64,000 nt of DNA from an uncultured Bacilli bacterium (GTDB lineage: Bacteria; Bacillota_I; Bacilli_A; RF39; UBA660), in assembly GCA_934162125.1 (NCBI GenBank), contig CAKPHU010000005.1, positions 64,528 to 128,527 of the forward strand, read 5' to 3'. The first letter of the stretch is position 1. Every line of letters begins with the position of its first letter. Under the pieces are notes generated by a model that saw only the letters and a program-made list of their open reading frames with translations, made no database searches and was not told where the DNA came from. Positions 20,082-28,745 of this stretch are shown here, piece by piece. The translations under genes and the position numbers were made by a program.

Positions 20082-20369
20082 CTATATTCTTTTGGCAGCT
20101 AATGCTTTATCTGCTTCCTCGATTTTATCTGCTAGTTTGTTTAAATAAATAGACATAGCTTCGATTTTCAAAATTTTATCTTTTAATTGTGCATCTTTTT
20201 CAGTGTAAGAATTACTAAATGCTTCTTTGGCGATTCCATTCCAATCTGATGTATCGGCTGTTAATTCTGTTTTTCCTGCGTCTAAGTCAGCTTTAGCTTG
20301 GCGTGCTAGAGTATCTAATTGTTTTGCAGCTTGTCTTACTTCGTCAAAATGACATTCTATAACTGACAT
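20082..20369 (-). CDS. WXG100 family protein (paralog of 44966-45253)
   Basis: 95 aa. SDWNGIAKEAF canonical WxG motif. Good SD (GTGAGGG) upstream. First gene of cassette A. Confidence 0.7.
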   Translation of the reverse strand: MSVIECHFDEVRQAAKQLDTLARQAKADLDAGKTELTADTSDWNGIAKEAFSNSYTEKDAQLKDKILKIEAMSIYLNKLADKIEEADKALAAKRI

Positions 20370-20483
20370 AATGTGCCCTCACTTTCTACTATCTTATAAT
20401 TTATTATAACATATTTTTTTATTTTTAATTATTTTTTAAATATAAAGGGCAATAATTTACAGTTTAATTGATTTTTTTTAAAA

Positions 20484-20514
20484 TAAAAAAAGGCTCTTTA
20501 AAAGCCTTTTTTGT
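20484..20514 (-). terminator. Rho-independent terminator (bidirectional hairpin AAAGGCT-ctttaaa-AGCCTTT with flanking A and T runs)
   Basis: Perfect 7-bp stem at 20489-20510 overlapping the stop of the 20498-21478 gene. The U-run is on the minus strand. It separates that gene from cassette A. Confidence 0.5.
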
Positions 20515-21478
20515 GTTTAATTAACATTTTTGGGTTCTTTAAGGGCTTTTCTTGAAAGCCTAAAACTTCTTCTGATTCATGTTTTATTTGGGAATCTTTA
20601 CCAGAAATAAAGTCTAAGTAATCAACACCTGTATATGGTGTGGTAAAGGAGAAATCAGAAGTTTCTTCATAGTAGAGACCATTGCGATAAGAAAGGGCAA
20701 AACCATCAAAATAATTTTTCATATTTTGTTCAGTTAAAGGCATATAACCCTTTTTTAGAATTGTGCTGGCAACATTTAAGCGGTCTTCTGTCATGGTCAT
20801 AAAACATCCTGGTAGACAGCCAGAAATTCCCATGACTCCTAATCTGTTTAAAGAATTTGTTTTTTCCACAAAAAACTGTCGATAAGTACAATCTACTAAG
20901 TATTTTGAACCTTTAATTTTGACAATATTGAAGAAATGGAAGCCATCTCCACCTAAAAGATTAGCTTTTTCATCAAAGCCAGGGTGGATAACTACTTTTT
21001 TGCATGGAATAGAATGCTGTTTACAAATTTTTTCCACATAATTTGCGGAAACATAACAATAATTAGTAAAAGATAAATCTTCAATTCCTTTACGATTAAA
21101 GATTGGATGATAACTACGAGTAGCTAAGTATCCTCTTGTCTCATGAACGAGCCATGATAATATTTCTTCGGCAGAAGCTGATGATGATGGAGCTGATTTT
21201 TCTTTATCTTTTTGATATTCTGGGAGAGATTCAATTATAAATCCTTCAGGAAGAGCCATTTCGCAATCAGTAAGACGTTCTCTAAGAAGAACATAAGCTA
21301 TATTTATCTTACCATCCATGTAATAGTCAGGTCCTACATCTTTTATAAATTGATAAGCCTTATCTAATTCTTTTTTTGCTTCATCTAAGCTAGGTGCAGT
21401 TTTAATGTTTTTAGCATAAGTTGACATTTTATCTAGATAAGACATTTCTTCTTGATATGTTTTTTGAAATATATACAT
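20498..21478 (-). CDS. Transglutaminase-like superfamily protein (papain-like Cys-His-Asp fold)
   Basis: 326 aa. NYCYVSANYVEKICKQHSIPCKKV matches the transglutaminase-core consensus (G-x-C-x-x-[FY]-[AS]...R..GIPAR). A downstream His (GFHFFNIV) and Asp (LVDCTY) sit at appropriate spacing. Confidence 0.55.
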   Translation of the reverse strand: MYIFQKTYQEEMSYLDKMSTYAKNIKTAPSLDEAKKELDKAYQFIKDVGPDYYMDGKINIAYVLLRERLTDCEMALPEGFIIESLPEYQKDKEKSAPSSSASAEEILSWLVHETRGYLATRSYHPIFNRKGIEDLSFTNYCYVSANYVEKICKQHSIPCKKVVIHPGFDEKANLLGGDGFHFFNIVKIKGSKYLVDCTYRQFFVEKTNSLNRLGVMGISGCLPGCFMTMTEDRLNVASTILKKGYMPLTEQNMKNYFDGFALSYRNGLYYEETSDFSFTTPYTGVDYLDFISGKDSQIKHESEEVLGFQEKPLKNPKMLIKHKKGF

Positions 21479-21572
21479 AATAAATCTCCCTTGGACTTGT
21501 ATTATAACATAAATCTTTATTTATTACTTAATTTTATGTAAAAGAAAAAAAAGAATACTAAAAGATAGTATT

Positions 21573-23306
21573 CTATGAATTTGAGTTTTCATTCAAATAT
21601 AAGTTTTGGTAAACTTTGGATTTTTTTAAGAGTTCGGCATGAGTACCATAATTTTCTAACTTTCCTTTGTCTATAATATTGATAATGTCAGCATCAACTA
21701 TTGTAGAAAGACGATGAGCAACAATTATTACAGTATGATCTTTTACTAAATTATCAATAGTCTTTTTAATATATTCTTGTGATTCATTGTCAAGGGCTGA
21801 TGTAGCTTCATCAAATAAAATGATTTTAGTATTTAACATCAGCGTTCTAGCAATCGCAAGACGTTGTTTTTGACCACCTGATAAGTTTACGCCACCTTCA
21901 CCAATAATAGTGTCATATTGTTTTGGTAAAGACATGATGTATTTATCGATGTAGGCTTTCTTACAATATTTTCTTACTTCTTTTAAAGTTACATTTGGTT
22001 TTACTAATTTAAAGTTATCAATTATAGATAAATTAAATAAGAATGGTGCTTGTCTAATAATAGAAATGTTTTTTCTTAGATCTTTTTCTGTTAAATCTTT
22101 GATATCTATATCATCAATTAAAATTTGACCTGTTGTAGAATCAAAATAACGTAATAATAAGTTAAAGATTGTTGATTTACCATTACCACTCTTACCTACA
22201 ATAGCAACTTTTTTATGAGGTTCAATTTTTAGAGAAAGGCCTTTTAAAGTGAAGTCTTCATCTTCTGAGTATTTAAACTTAACATCTTTAAATTCAATAT
22301 TTCCTTTTATTGACTTAACTTTCTTAGTACCAAATTTCTCATCTTCATATAATTCATTATTAATAATTTCACCAATTCTCTTTAAAGAAACAGTTACTTT
22401 ATTATAACTTACACCAAAATCAGAGATACTTTCTACAACTTCATCAATACGCCAGATATACATTTCTAGCATAATGAATGTGGCATAAGTTATTTCGCCT
22501 TGGATAAAGAAATATCCAGCAGTTAGCAAAATAATAAATTGTAGCGAAAAGTAAACTAAATTATTTAATCCGTAATACCAGACTTCATAATTTCTAATTT
22601 TTTTGTTTTTATTAAACAAATCTGTTAATTGTTTTAAAATATTTTCTTCTATATTATTTTTGATTCCTAGAGATTTTATCTCTCTGATACCTGTAATATT
22701 TTCAGTTGCAACTTTAACGTAGTTGTCAGATTCTTTTTTAATAGACTCTTGTGTCTTCTTTATTTTTGGGAAGAACTTAGTAGAAATAAAGCCCATGGCT
22801 ACTCCGAAGATAACTATTTCTAAGCCTAGAACCCATGAGATAGAAAATGCTAAAACAGTGATAGCAACTACTACTAGTGCTTTACACAATAATTTAATTA
22901 GTTTAGCAAGTAGTTCCATTACACGATCTGGATCTGTGTATAGACGATTGATGAATTCACCTACTCCGATATCTTCAAAAGCTTTAGCTGGTAGATTATC
23001 AATTTTATGATATAAATCCATACTAACATTTTTCATAAATTTTAATTCCAAACTGTTATATAGTTTATCTTTTGGTATTTGAAGGATTGCATATAAAATA
23101 ATGTATGTTCCTTCCCATGAAGCTAGATAAATAAAGAATTGTTTTAAATCTTTTAAAATTAAGAATTCTAGAGCTTTACCCCAGAAGTAAGCTGCGAATA
23201 AAACAGGTAAATAAGTTAGAACCACTAAGAACATATAAAGAAATAATTTTAGTTTGTCTTCTTTTATGTAGTGCCATAGAATTTTAAAACTATCCATTTT
23301 TTTCAT
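21573..23306 (-). CDS. ABC transporter, fused permease/ATP-binding (ABCB-type exporter)
   Basis: 6-TM N-domain plus Walker A GKSGNGKST, signature LSGGQKQR and Walker B ILFDEATSALD. Start placed at MKKMDSF (23306), which has an AAGAGGTGA SD. The ORF-track start is 23342. Confidence 0.85.
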   Translation of the reverse strand: MKKMDSFKILWHYIKEDKLKLFLYMFLVVLTYLPVLFAAYFWGKALEFLILKDLKQFFIYLASWEGTYIILYAILQIPKDKLYNSLELKFMKNVSMDLYHKIDNLPAKAFEDIGVGEFINRLYTDPDRVMELLAKLIKLLCKALVVVAITVLAFSISWVLGLEIVIFGVAMGFISTKFFPKIKKTQESIKKESDNYVKVATENITGIREIKSLGIKNNIEENILKQLTDLFNKNKKIRNYEVWYYGLNNLVYFSLQFIILLTAGYFFIQGEITYATFIMLEMYIWRIDEVVESISDFGVSYNKVTVSLKRIGEIINNELYEDEKFGTKKVKSIKGNIEFKDVKFKYSEDEDFTLKGLSLKIEPHKKVAIVGKSGNGKSTIFNLLLRYFDSTTGQILIDDIDIKDLTEKDLRKNISIIRQAPFLFNLSIIDNFKLVKPNVTLKEVRKYCKKAYIDKYIMSLPKQYDTIIGEGGVNLSGGQKQRLAIARTLMLNTKIILFDEATSALDNESQEYIKKTIDNLVKDHTVIIVAHRLSTIVDADIINIIDKGKLENYGTHAELLKKSKVYQNLYLNENSNS

Positions 23307-23332
23307 ATTATTCACCTCTTTTTTCAAAATAA

Positions 23333-23358
23333 AAGAGATCACATAATAGTGACCTCTT
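23333..23358 (-). promoter_or_regulatory. Hairpin (AAGAGATCAC-ataata-GTGACCTCTT) between the small upstream ORF and the ABC exporter start. Possible attenuator.
   Basis: 9/10-bp inverted repeat followed on the minus strand by U-rich UUAUUUUG, located between the leader ORF stop (23371) and the ABC gene SD. Confidence 0.3.
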
Positions 23359-23370
23359 AATAAGTATTTG

Positions 23371-23481
23371 TTATACGTTAAATCGAGTGAAAAACATCAA
23401 ACGTTTTCCCCTCTGGTCATTATTACTTTTTGCCAATATTATTCTGTTTAAATTTTGTTTGTTTGAACTTATCATTCTCAT
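23371..23481 (-). CDS. Putative 36-aa leader peptide / small ORF (MRMISSNKQNLNRIILAKSNNDQRGKRLMFFTRFNV)
   Basis: ATG preceded by AAAGGAGAG (9-nt spacer). Lies downstream of a near-consensus sigma-A promoter and immediately upstream of the hairpin and ABC exporter. Not in the ORF track because it is short. Confidence 0.3.
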   Translation of the reverse strand: MRMISSNKQNLNRIILAKSNNDQRGKRLMFFTRFNV

Positions 23482-23514
23482 GTTTTTCACTCTCCTTTCC
23501 TCAAATTCGTCTTT

Positions 23515-23559
23515 AGCATATCATACTATTTAATTGGTGTCAACCTTTTTTTGTTGACA
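23515..23559 (-). promoter_or_regulatory. Sigma-A-type promoter (TTGACA, 17 nt spacer, TATGCT) reading into the leader ORF and ABC exporter. The -35 sits inside the palindrome TGTCAAC-N8-GTTGACA.
   Basis: Minus strand reads TTGACAccaattaaatagtatgaTATGCT. The palindrome arms are at 23538-23544 and 23553-23559. It may also act as a terminator or operator after the M23 peptidase gene. Confidence 0.4.
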
Positions 23560-23582
23560 TAAAAAAGATAAGGTTTGTAGCC

Positions 23583-24758
23583 TTATCTATTATTCCAATA
23601 TGATGGGAAGTTAATATAACGATATGGATTAATTGTACTTTGTTGGTATACCGCCCAAGTACAACCTCCTCCTCTATTCCAATCACAGGAAGTTATTTCT
23701 AAGTGTAAGTGTGGACCAGTTGAATAACCAGTTGATCCCATACGTCCAAGTGGAGTAAAAGCAGATATAAAGCTTCCTACTTTAACGTTACCATATACTT
23801 GACTCATATGAGCATAAGTTGAGTAAATGTAACCATTACCTGTGTTGTGTCTTATTTTTACAACCATAGCACCATATTTATCATAACTATTATAGAATAC
23901 TTCTCCATCAGCGATTGGATAAATTTCTATTGTTTTATCTTCACTTCCGATATCAATACCTAAGTGACCTCCATATCCATAGTAGCCTTGAGTAATATAG
24001 CCATGTTGGATAGGTCTATAATAACCATTAACACTAGGTAGAGAACCACCAGATTCTTGTTGTCTACGATATTGACAAGCTTGAATATCTTCTGTCTTAC
24101 CGCAGCCTAATTCTTTATAGTATTTAATATTAGCTTGAGCTGCTTTGATTTGTTCTTCTATAGCTGGCATTGTCTCACGTAGTGATGCTGAATCAGCATT
24201 TATACGAGCTTTCTCAGCTTCTAGAGAATCTTTCAAATCTTTTAGCTCCTTTTGTTTTTTCTCTAGCTCTTTTTGTTTCTCTTCATTAGCTTTTATTAAA
24301 TCTTCTAATTCTTTCATGATTTTATCATTATAGTCAGTTAATTGTTCAACTACGGCTAAACGATAAATCATATCAGTAATATCAGTAGCACCAAAAGCAT
24401 ATTCTAAGTAAACATTATCACCATTTGATATTTGATAATATTCCATAATTGTTTTACTTTCAGCACTTTTTGCTTTAATTTCTTGATTACTTTTATCAAT
24501 TTCATCTTGAAGAGCAGCAACTTCTTTTTCAGCTGATGCTATTTGATCTTCAATATTAGCAATTTTCTTTTTGATAGCAGCAACCTCAGCATCATTTTTT
24601 GCTAAGTTAGCTTGCTTCTCTTCTAGTTGTTTAGTATAATTTTCAACTTCTGCTTCAAATTGAGATATTGTCTTAGCTTTTACTTTAATAGGTAGTGCTA
24701 TTAAAGGAGTCAGCATAAGAATAATTGCAAGTGTGCAAAAAGCTTTTCTTCTTTTCAT
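23583..24758 (-). CDS. Coiled-coil M23 (LytM-family) metallopeptidase. EnvC/PcsB-like presumptive partner of FtsEX.
   Basis: 391 aa. Signal/TM N-terminus, a long heptad-rich coiled coil, and C-terminal M23 motifs (GHLGIDIG, STGPHLHLEI). Immediately downstream of ftsX. Confidence 0.8.
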   Translation of the reverse strand: MKRRKAFCTLAIILMLTPLIALPIKVKAKTISQFEAEVENYTKQLEEKQANLAKNDAEVAAIKKKIANIEDQIASAEKEVAALQDEIDKSNQEIKAKSAESKTIMEYYQISNGDNVYLEYAFGATDITDMIYRLAVVEQLTDYNDKIMKELEDLIKANEEKQKELEKKQKELKDLKDSLEAEKARINADSASLRETMPAIEEQIKAAQANIKYYKELGCGKTEDIQACQYRRQQESGGSLPSVNGYYRPIQHGYITQGYYGYGGHLGIDIGSEDKTIEIYPIADGEVFYNSYDKYGAMVVKIRHNTGNGYIYSTYAHMSQVYGNVKVGSFISAFTPLGRMGSTGYSTGPHLHLEITSCDWNRGGGCTWAVYQQSTINPYRYINFPSYWNNR

Positions 24759-25657
24759 TAGATTTTTAAATACTTTCTAACGGCACTTGCACTACCAATC
24801 ATACCAACTAGAATTCCTATTACGATAACGATACCAGAAACAGTATAAATGAACGGTTCTGGTAAAATTAATTTAATTAATTCAGAGAATAAATAACCAT
24901 TAAAATGTTTATAGAATGTTAAGTAACCATAAGTTGTGAAGATAACTGGAACGATAGATCCTAGAAGACCTAATATCATACCTTCAACAATAAATGGTGT
25001 TTTGATAGTGAAGTTACTAGCACCAACTAAACGCATAATACCAATCTCACGTTTTCTAGCGGAGATTGTTAATTTAATTGTATTAACTATTAGGAAGATA
25101 GTAACAATAACTAGGGCTATTACAACTCCATAAGTTACTTTTTTAACAGAGTCAAAAGCACTAATTAGTTTTTCAACCATTCCTTCACCATATCTTACAA
25201 CAGAAACATTTTTAATCTTTTTAATTTTTTCTGCTGTCGCACCAATTTTATTAACATCTTTTACTTTAATTTGATAAGTATCTTTTAATGGACTTTCATC
25301 TTCTGGCCAGGTTTCTAATATTTTAGAAAAGACTTCTGATTCATCTTGCATTTGCTTTTTTACATCTGTTTTAGATTGAAATTCAATCTTTTCAATATTA
25401 GAAATATCTTCTAAATCACTTTTTACATCTTTGATTTGGGCTTCTGTAACATCGTTATCTAAGAAGACAACTATCGTTAAGTCTTTTTCTATTTCAGAAG
25501 TAAAGTTATTAACGTTGAAAGAAGCAATTATAGCAATTGCGACTATAACTAAAGTAATTGTAATACAACTTATAGAAGCAAGAGAAAGGCTAAAGTTTCT
25601 GATAACACTTTTGAAAGCATCACGGATACTACGCCCTAGCATTCTGAACAGCTTCAT
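24758..25657 (-). CDS. ftsX: Cell division ABC transporter permease FtsX
   Basis: 4-TM FtsX topology with a large extracellular loop. Start set at MKLFRM (25657), which has a strong AAAGGAGG SD. It overlaps the ftsE 3' end by 28 nt. The ORF-track start is 25687. Confidence 0.9.
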   Translation of the reverse strand: MKLFRMLGRSIRDAFKSVIRNFSLSLASISCITITLVIVAIAIIASFNVNNFTSEIEKDLTIVVFLDNDVTEAQIKDVKSDLEDISNIEKIEFQSKTDVKKQMQDESEVFSKILETWPEDESPLKDTYQIKVKDVNKIGATAEKIKKIKNVSVVRYGEGMVEKLISAFDSVKKVTYGVVIALVIVTIFLIVNTIKLTISARKREIGIMRLVGASNFTIKTPFIVEGMILGLLGSIVPVIFTTYGYLTFYKHFNGYLFSELIKLILPEPFIYTVSGIVIVIGILVGMIGSASAVRKYLKI

Positions 25658-26342
25658 CGTCGTAGCCTCCTTTCTCTTTAAAGGCAACTAGACGGCCTTC
25701 TTTTAAAATTAAGACTTGTTTTTTCATAGTGTTTACAATATCTTTATCATGAGTTGCCATAATAATAGTTGTTCCTCTTGTCTTATTAATATTGTCTAAT
25801 ACTTTCATAATCTCCATACTTTTTTCAGGGTCCAAGTTTCCAGTAGGCTCATCACAAAGTAGAAGTTTAGGATTGTTTACTATTGCTCTAGCGATAGCAA
25901 CACGCTGTTGTTCTCCACCTGATAATTGATCTGGATAATTGTGAACTTTGTTTTTTAAGCCAACTTCTTCTAGAGCTTTTAAAACTTTTTCTCTAATTTC
26001 ATCTTTTTTTGCTCCAATAACTTCAAGAGCAAAAGCTACGTTTTCATAAACTGTTAATTTAGGAAGTAATCGATAGTCTTGGAAAACAATTCCTAACTTA
26101 CGACGTAATTTATATACTTTTTTATCTTTTAACTTTGCAACGTCAAGCCCACCAACAATGATTTGTCCTTTAGTTGGTTTTTCTTCACGATAAAGCATTT
26201 TTATTAATGTTGATTTACCACTTCCAGATCCTCCTATTACAAATACAAAGGATCCTTTTTCAATGGCTATATTTAAATCATAAATAGCAGTTACACCATT
26301 TTTGTATTTCTTTTCGACATGTTTTATTCTGATTAAATCCAA
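25629..26342 (-). CDS. ftsE: Cell division ATP-binding protein FtsE
   Basis: 237 aa. Walker A GGSGSGKST, LSGGEQQRVAIARA and LLCDEPTGNLD motifs. Confidence 0.9.
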   Translation of the reverse strand: MDLIRIKHVEKKYKNGVTAIYDLNIAIEKGSFVFVIGGSGSGKSTLIKMLYREEKPTKGQIIVGGLDVAKLKDKKVYKLRRKLGIVFQDYRLLPKLTVYENVAFALEVIGAKKDEIREKVLKALEEVGLKNKVHNYPDQLSGGEQQRVAIARAIVNNPKLLLCDEPTGNLDPEKSMEIMKVLDNINKTRGTTIIMATHDKDIVNTMKKQVLILKEGRLVAFKEKGGYDDEAVQNARA

Positions 26343-26444
26343 ATTTTTTCACCACCTTGTCATCTTGTATTATAACATAATTAAATACAATAGAAAAGAG
26401 AAGAAATACTTTCTCTCTCTTAAATCGAAGTTTTCTTCTCTTAT

Positions 26445-28664
26445 TTAACGTTTATAAGTACTGGCATTTACATTATTTATAATACTTATCTTATTACCAT
26501 CAGAAGTAATTAAAATGTTACCAGTCGATGAATCACTTTGTCGATAAGTAGTAATTCCATAACTGTTTAGTTTAGCTTTATTTTCTGCACTTGGATATTT
26601 AGGTGCATAATAATTTGGAACTATTACATATTTTGGCTTAGCAGTACTTAAGAATGTACTAGAAATGTAACCGTTTCCATGATGTGGATATTTTAAAACA
26701 TCTATCTTTAGGCTTATTCCTAGTGATGATGCATTACTTTGAAGAGCATCAACGCTTAACTGACTACCAGCATCTCCAGTAAACATAAAGGTATTATTTT
26801 TATATTTAAGAATGAAGATGAAGGAATTTTCATTTTTGTTGCTACCAATTTTATTAGGAGCTAAGAAGTATAAAGTCATGTCGCCAACTACAACCTTCTT
26901 TGGTGGTTTAATAATTTTTGGTGTTTTCTTACTACTTCTTAATGTATCTACAATGTGTTCTTGATCGAATGATGTACAAGTTCCATTCTTAACACAATTG
27001 AAGATGTCATCTGGATAATATATTTCACTTACTTGGAAGTTATTAATTATATCTGCTTGAGCTGCAATGTGGTCGTTGTCTAAGTGAGAACCAATCATTA
27101 AATCTATTTTCTTAACGCCTAATTGATTTAAGTATGGTATTACTTTTGTACGACAATCCCATCTTCCACTATCAATAAGAATAGTTTTACTACTTGTTCT
27201 AATTAGGATTGCATCATCGTAGTGACCACTTGCGATAAAGTGAATTTCAATACCTTTTAGAGCGATGCCTGTATTGCCACCTGTGTTACCTCCGGTATTG
27301 CCACCTGTGTTTCCACCAGTATTTCCTCCAGTGTTGCCTCCGGTATTTCCGCCGGTATTTCCGCCGGTGTTACCTCCAGTATTTCCTCCAGTGTTACCAC
27401 CTGTGTTACCTCCAGTATTTCCTCCAGTGTTGCCTCCGGTATTTCCGCCTGTATTGCCTCCAGTGTTACCGCCTGTATTTCCACCGGTATTTCCTCCAGT
27501 GTTGCCTCCGGTATTTCCGCCTGTGTTACCTCCAGTATTTCCTCCGGATGTACCATTTTTGTTTTCTAATTTACAAGTTATTGTTTTAACATTTCCAGCT
27601 TTATCATATATTTTTACTTCTGCTATGGCCATTTCTTTACCAATAACTATTTTTGAAACATTGTATGCATTGCCATTTATTACATATCTGTCAATACCAA
27701 CATTGTCTTTGGCATTAATTGTGATAATTGATTGACCATTTTTATAATATCCACTACAACTACCAGTTGGTGGTGTTTTATCAATTGTTCCAACAGAGAT
27801 AGTTTGTTCAATACAGTTGTTTTTAGCGTCATAAATGTAGAACTTATATTCTCCGTTTTTTGTTACTTTATATTGAATTGTAGTATTGGTACTCGTTTGA
27901 CCATTTGGTAATTTTATGTAGTTGTAATATGGACTATCAGTTTTAAATTCAATAACTTTGTAGCCATCAGAATAATTGTTACTTGCAAGACCTAAGCTAT
28001 AATTCATTTCATATACTATGACCGTTCGAACAGCTTTGGCTTCTTTACCACTACTATTTTTAGCAGTATAGGTTACTTGATAAGTTCCAACATTGTTAGT
28101 ATTTACGTTACTATCTACTTTAATACTACTAGTAAGATCACCATCTTTACCATCCTTAGCCGTAGCACCAGGATCTGTAAATGCTGTTCCTTTTAGGACA
28201 TGGAAGGTTTCTCCACCTTTTATTTTAATCATGAACTCATCATAAATAATAACGTATCTTGTTAACTGAGAAGTTATACCATTATAATTGAAGTCATAGG
28301 TTACTTGATATTTTCCTTTAGTAGTAGTATCTACTTCTCCTGTAATGGTTACATACTTTCTTAAGTCTTCTTTTGAACCAGTTAGAGAAAAACCTGGTTC
28401 TTCGTAAGTGTCACCAATATATAATTTGGTTACTTTATCACCATTTAAACTAAAACGTACTGTTTCTGTTCCAGTAGTGATAACCTCTTCTGCTTTGTTT
28501 TCACTTTGTTTGTTGGGTGTGAATAAAAATAAGACTAAGGCAAAAACAAAAACACCGACTGTAATACCGCAAATTATATTTGTTATTTTCTGAGCTTGGG
28601 TTTTCTTTTTTTTCTTTTTCTTTTTGTTTTTATTTAAATTTTCAAAACCAAAATTCATATCCAT
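26445..28664 (-). CDS. Membrane-anchored surface protein: poly-Lys N-terminus, one TM helix, Ig-like (DUF5011/Big-type) domains, a (GGNT)x~23 linker, and a C-terminal ComEC-like MBL-fold metallo-hydrolase domain
   Basis: 739 aa. TM segment [25 protein letters not shown]-domain motifs [11 protein letters not shown]...ILIDSG and [11 protein letters not shown] later in the sequence. Confidence 0.7.
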   Translation of the reverse strand: MDMNFGFENLNKNKKKKKKKKTQAQKITNIICGITVGVFVFALVLFLFTPNKQSENKAEEVITTGTETVRFSLNGDKVTKLYIGDTYEEPGFSLTGSKEDLRKYVTITGEVDTTTKGKYQVTYDFNYNGITSQLTRYVIIYDEFMIKIKGGETFHVLKGTAFTDPGATAKDGKDGDLTSSIKVDSNVNTNNVGTYQVTYTAKNSSGKEAKAVRTVIVYEMNYSLGLASNNYSDGYKVIEFKTDSPYYNYIKLPNGQTSTNTTIQYKVTKNGEYKFYIYDAKNNCIEQTISVGTIDKTPPTGSCSGYYKNGQSIITINAKDNVGIDRYVINGNAYNVSKIVIGKEMAIAEVKIYDKAGNVKTITCKLENKNGTSGGNTGGNTGGNTGGNTGGNTGGNTGGNTGGNTGGNTGGNTGGNTGGNTGGNTGGNTGGNTGGNTGGNTGGNTGGNTGGNTGGNTGGNTGGNTGIALKGIEIHFIASGHYDDAILIRTSSKTILIDSGRWDCRTKVIPYLNQLGVKKIDLMIGSHLDNDHIAAQADIINNFQVSEIYYPDDIFNCVKNGTCTSFDQEHIVDTLRSSKKTPKIIKPPKKVVVGDMTLYFLAPNKIGSNKNENSFIFILKYKNNTFMFTGDAGSQLSVDALQSNASSLGISLKIDVLKYPHHGNGYISSTFLSTAKPKYVIVPNYYAPKYPSAENKAKLNSYGITTYRQSDSSTGNILITSDGNKISIINNVNASTYKR
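27266..27545 (-). repeat. In-frame 12-nt tandem repeat, about 23 units, encoding (Gly-Gly-Asn-Thr)n inside the surface protein gene. Units differ mainly at synonymous positions.
   Basis: Directly visible as ctgtattgccac / ctgtgttacctc / cggtattgccac and so on. The two opposite-frame ORFs in the track (PVLPP.. and EATLEEI..) are artefacts of this repeat. Confidence 0.9.
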
Positions 28665-28745
28665 AATACCAAATCCTATCGTTTTCTATTTTTATTATAT
28701 CGCATAAATTGGCAATAGAAAAGAGAAGATTTTTATTCTTCCCTT

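Noticed and set aside
23538-23559. Palindrome TGTCAAC-N8-GTTGACA as a classic rho-independent terminator for the M23 peptidase gene
   Set aside because: On the transcribed (minus) strand the U-run precedes rather than follows the stem. The arm GTTGACA instead supplies a perfect -35 (TTGACA) with a TATGCT -10 at 17 nt, so a promoter/operator is the better interpretation.
27266-27545. Possible CRISPR array
   Set aside because: The units are 12 nt with no spacers. They are in-frame coding sequence with wobble variation, and there is no leader or cas gene.
27265-27735. Plus-strand ORF encoding [10 protein letters not shown]... (156 aa), and the minus-strand ORF 27257-27556 encoding EATLEEI repeats
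   Set aside because: Both are alternative reading frames of the (GGNT)n-encoding 12-nt tandem repeat inside the 739-aa surface protein gene. The repeat periodicity keeps every frame open.
28595-28625. A/T-rich tract encoding the poly-Lys stretch (KKKKKKKKK) as a phase-variation homopolymer
   Set aside because: The tract is interrupted (A8 maximum, mixed aaaaag units). There is no evidence for on/off slippage, and it encodes a plausible cytoplasmic basic anchor.
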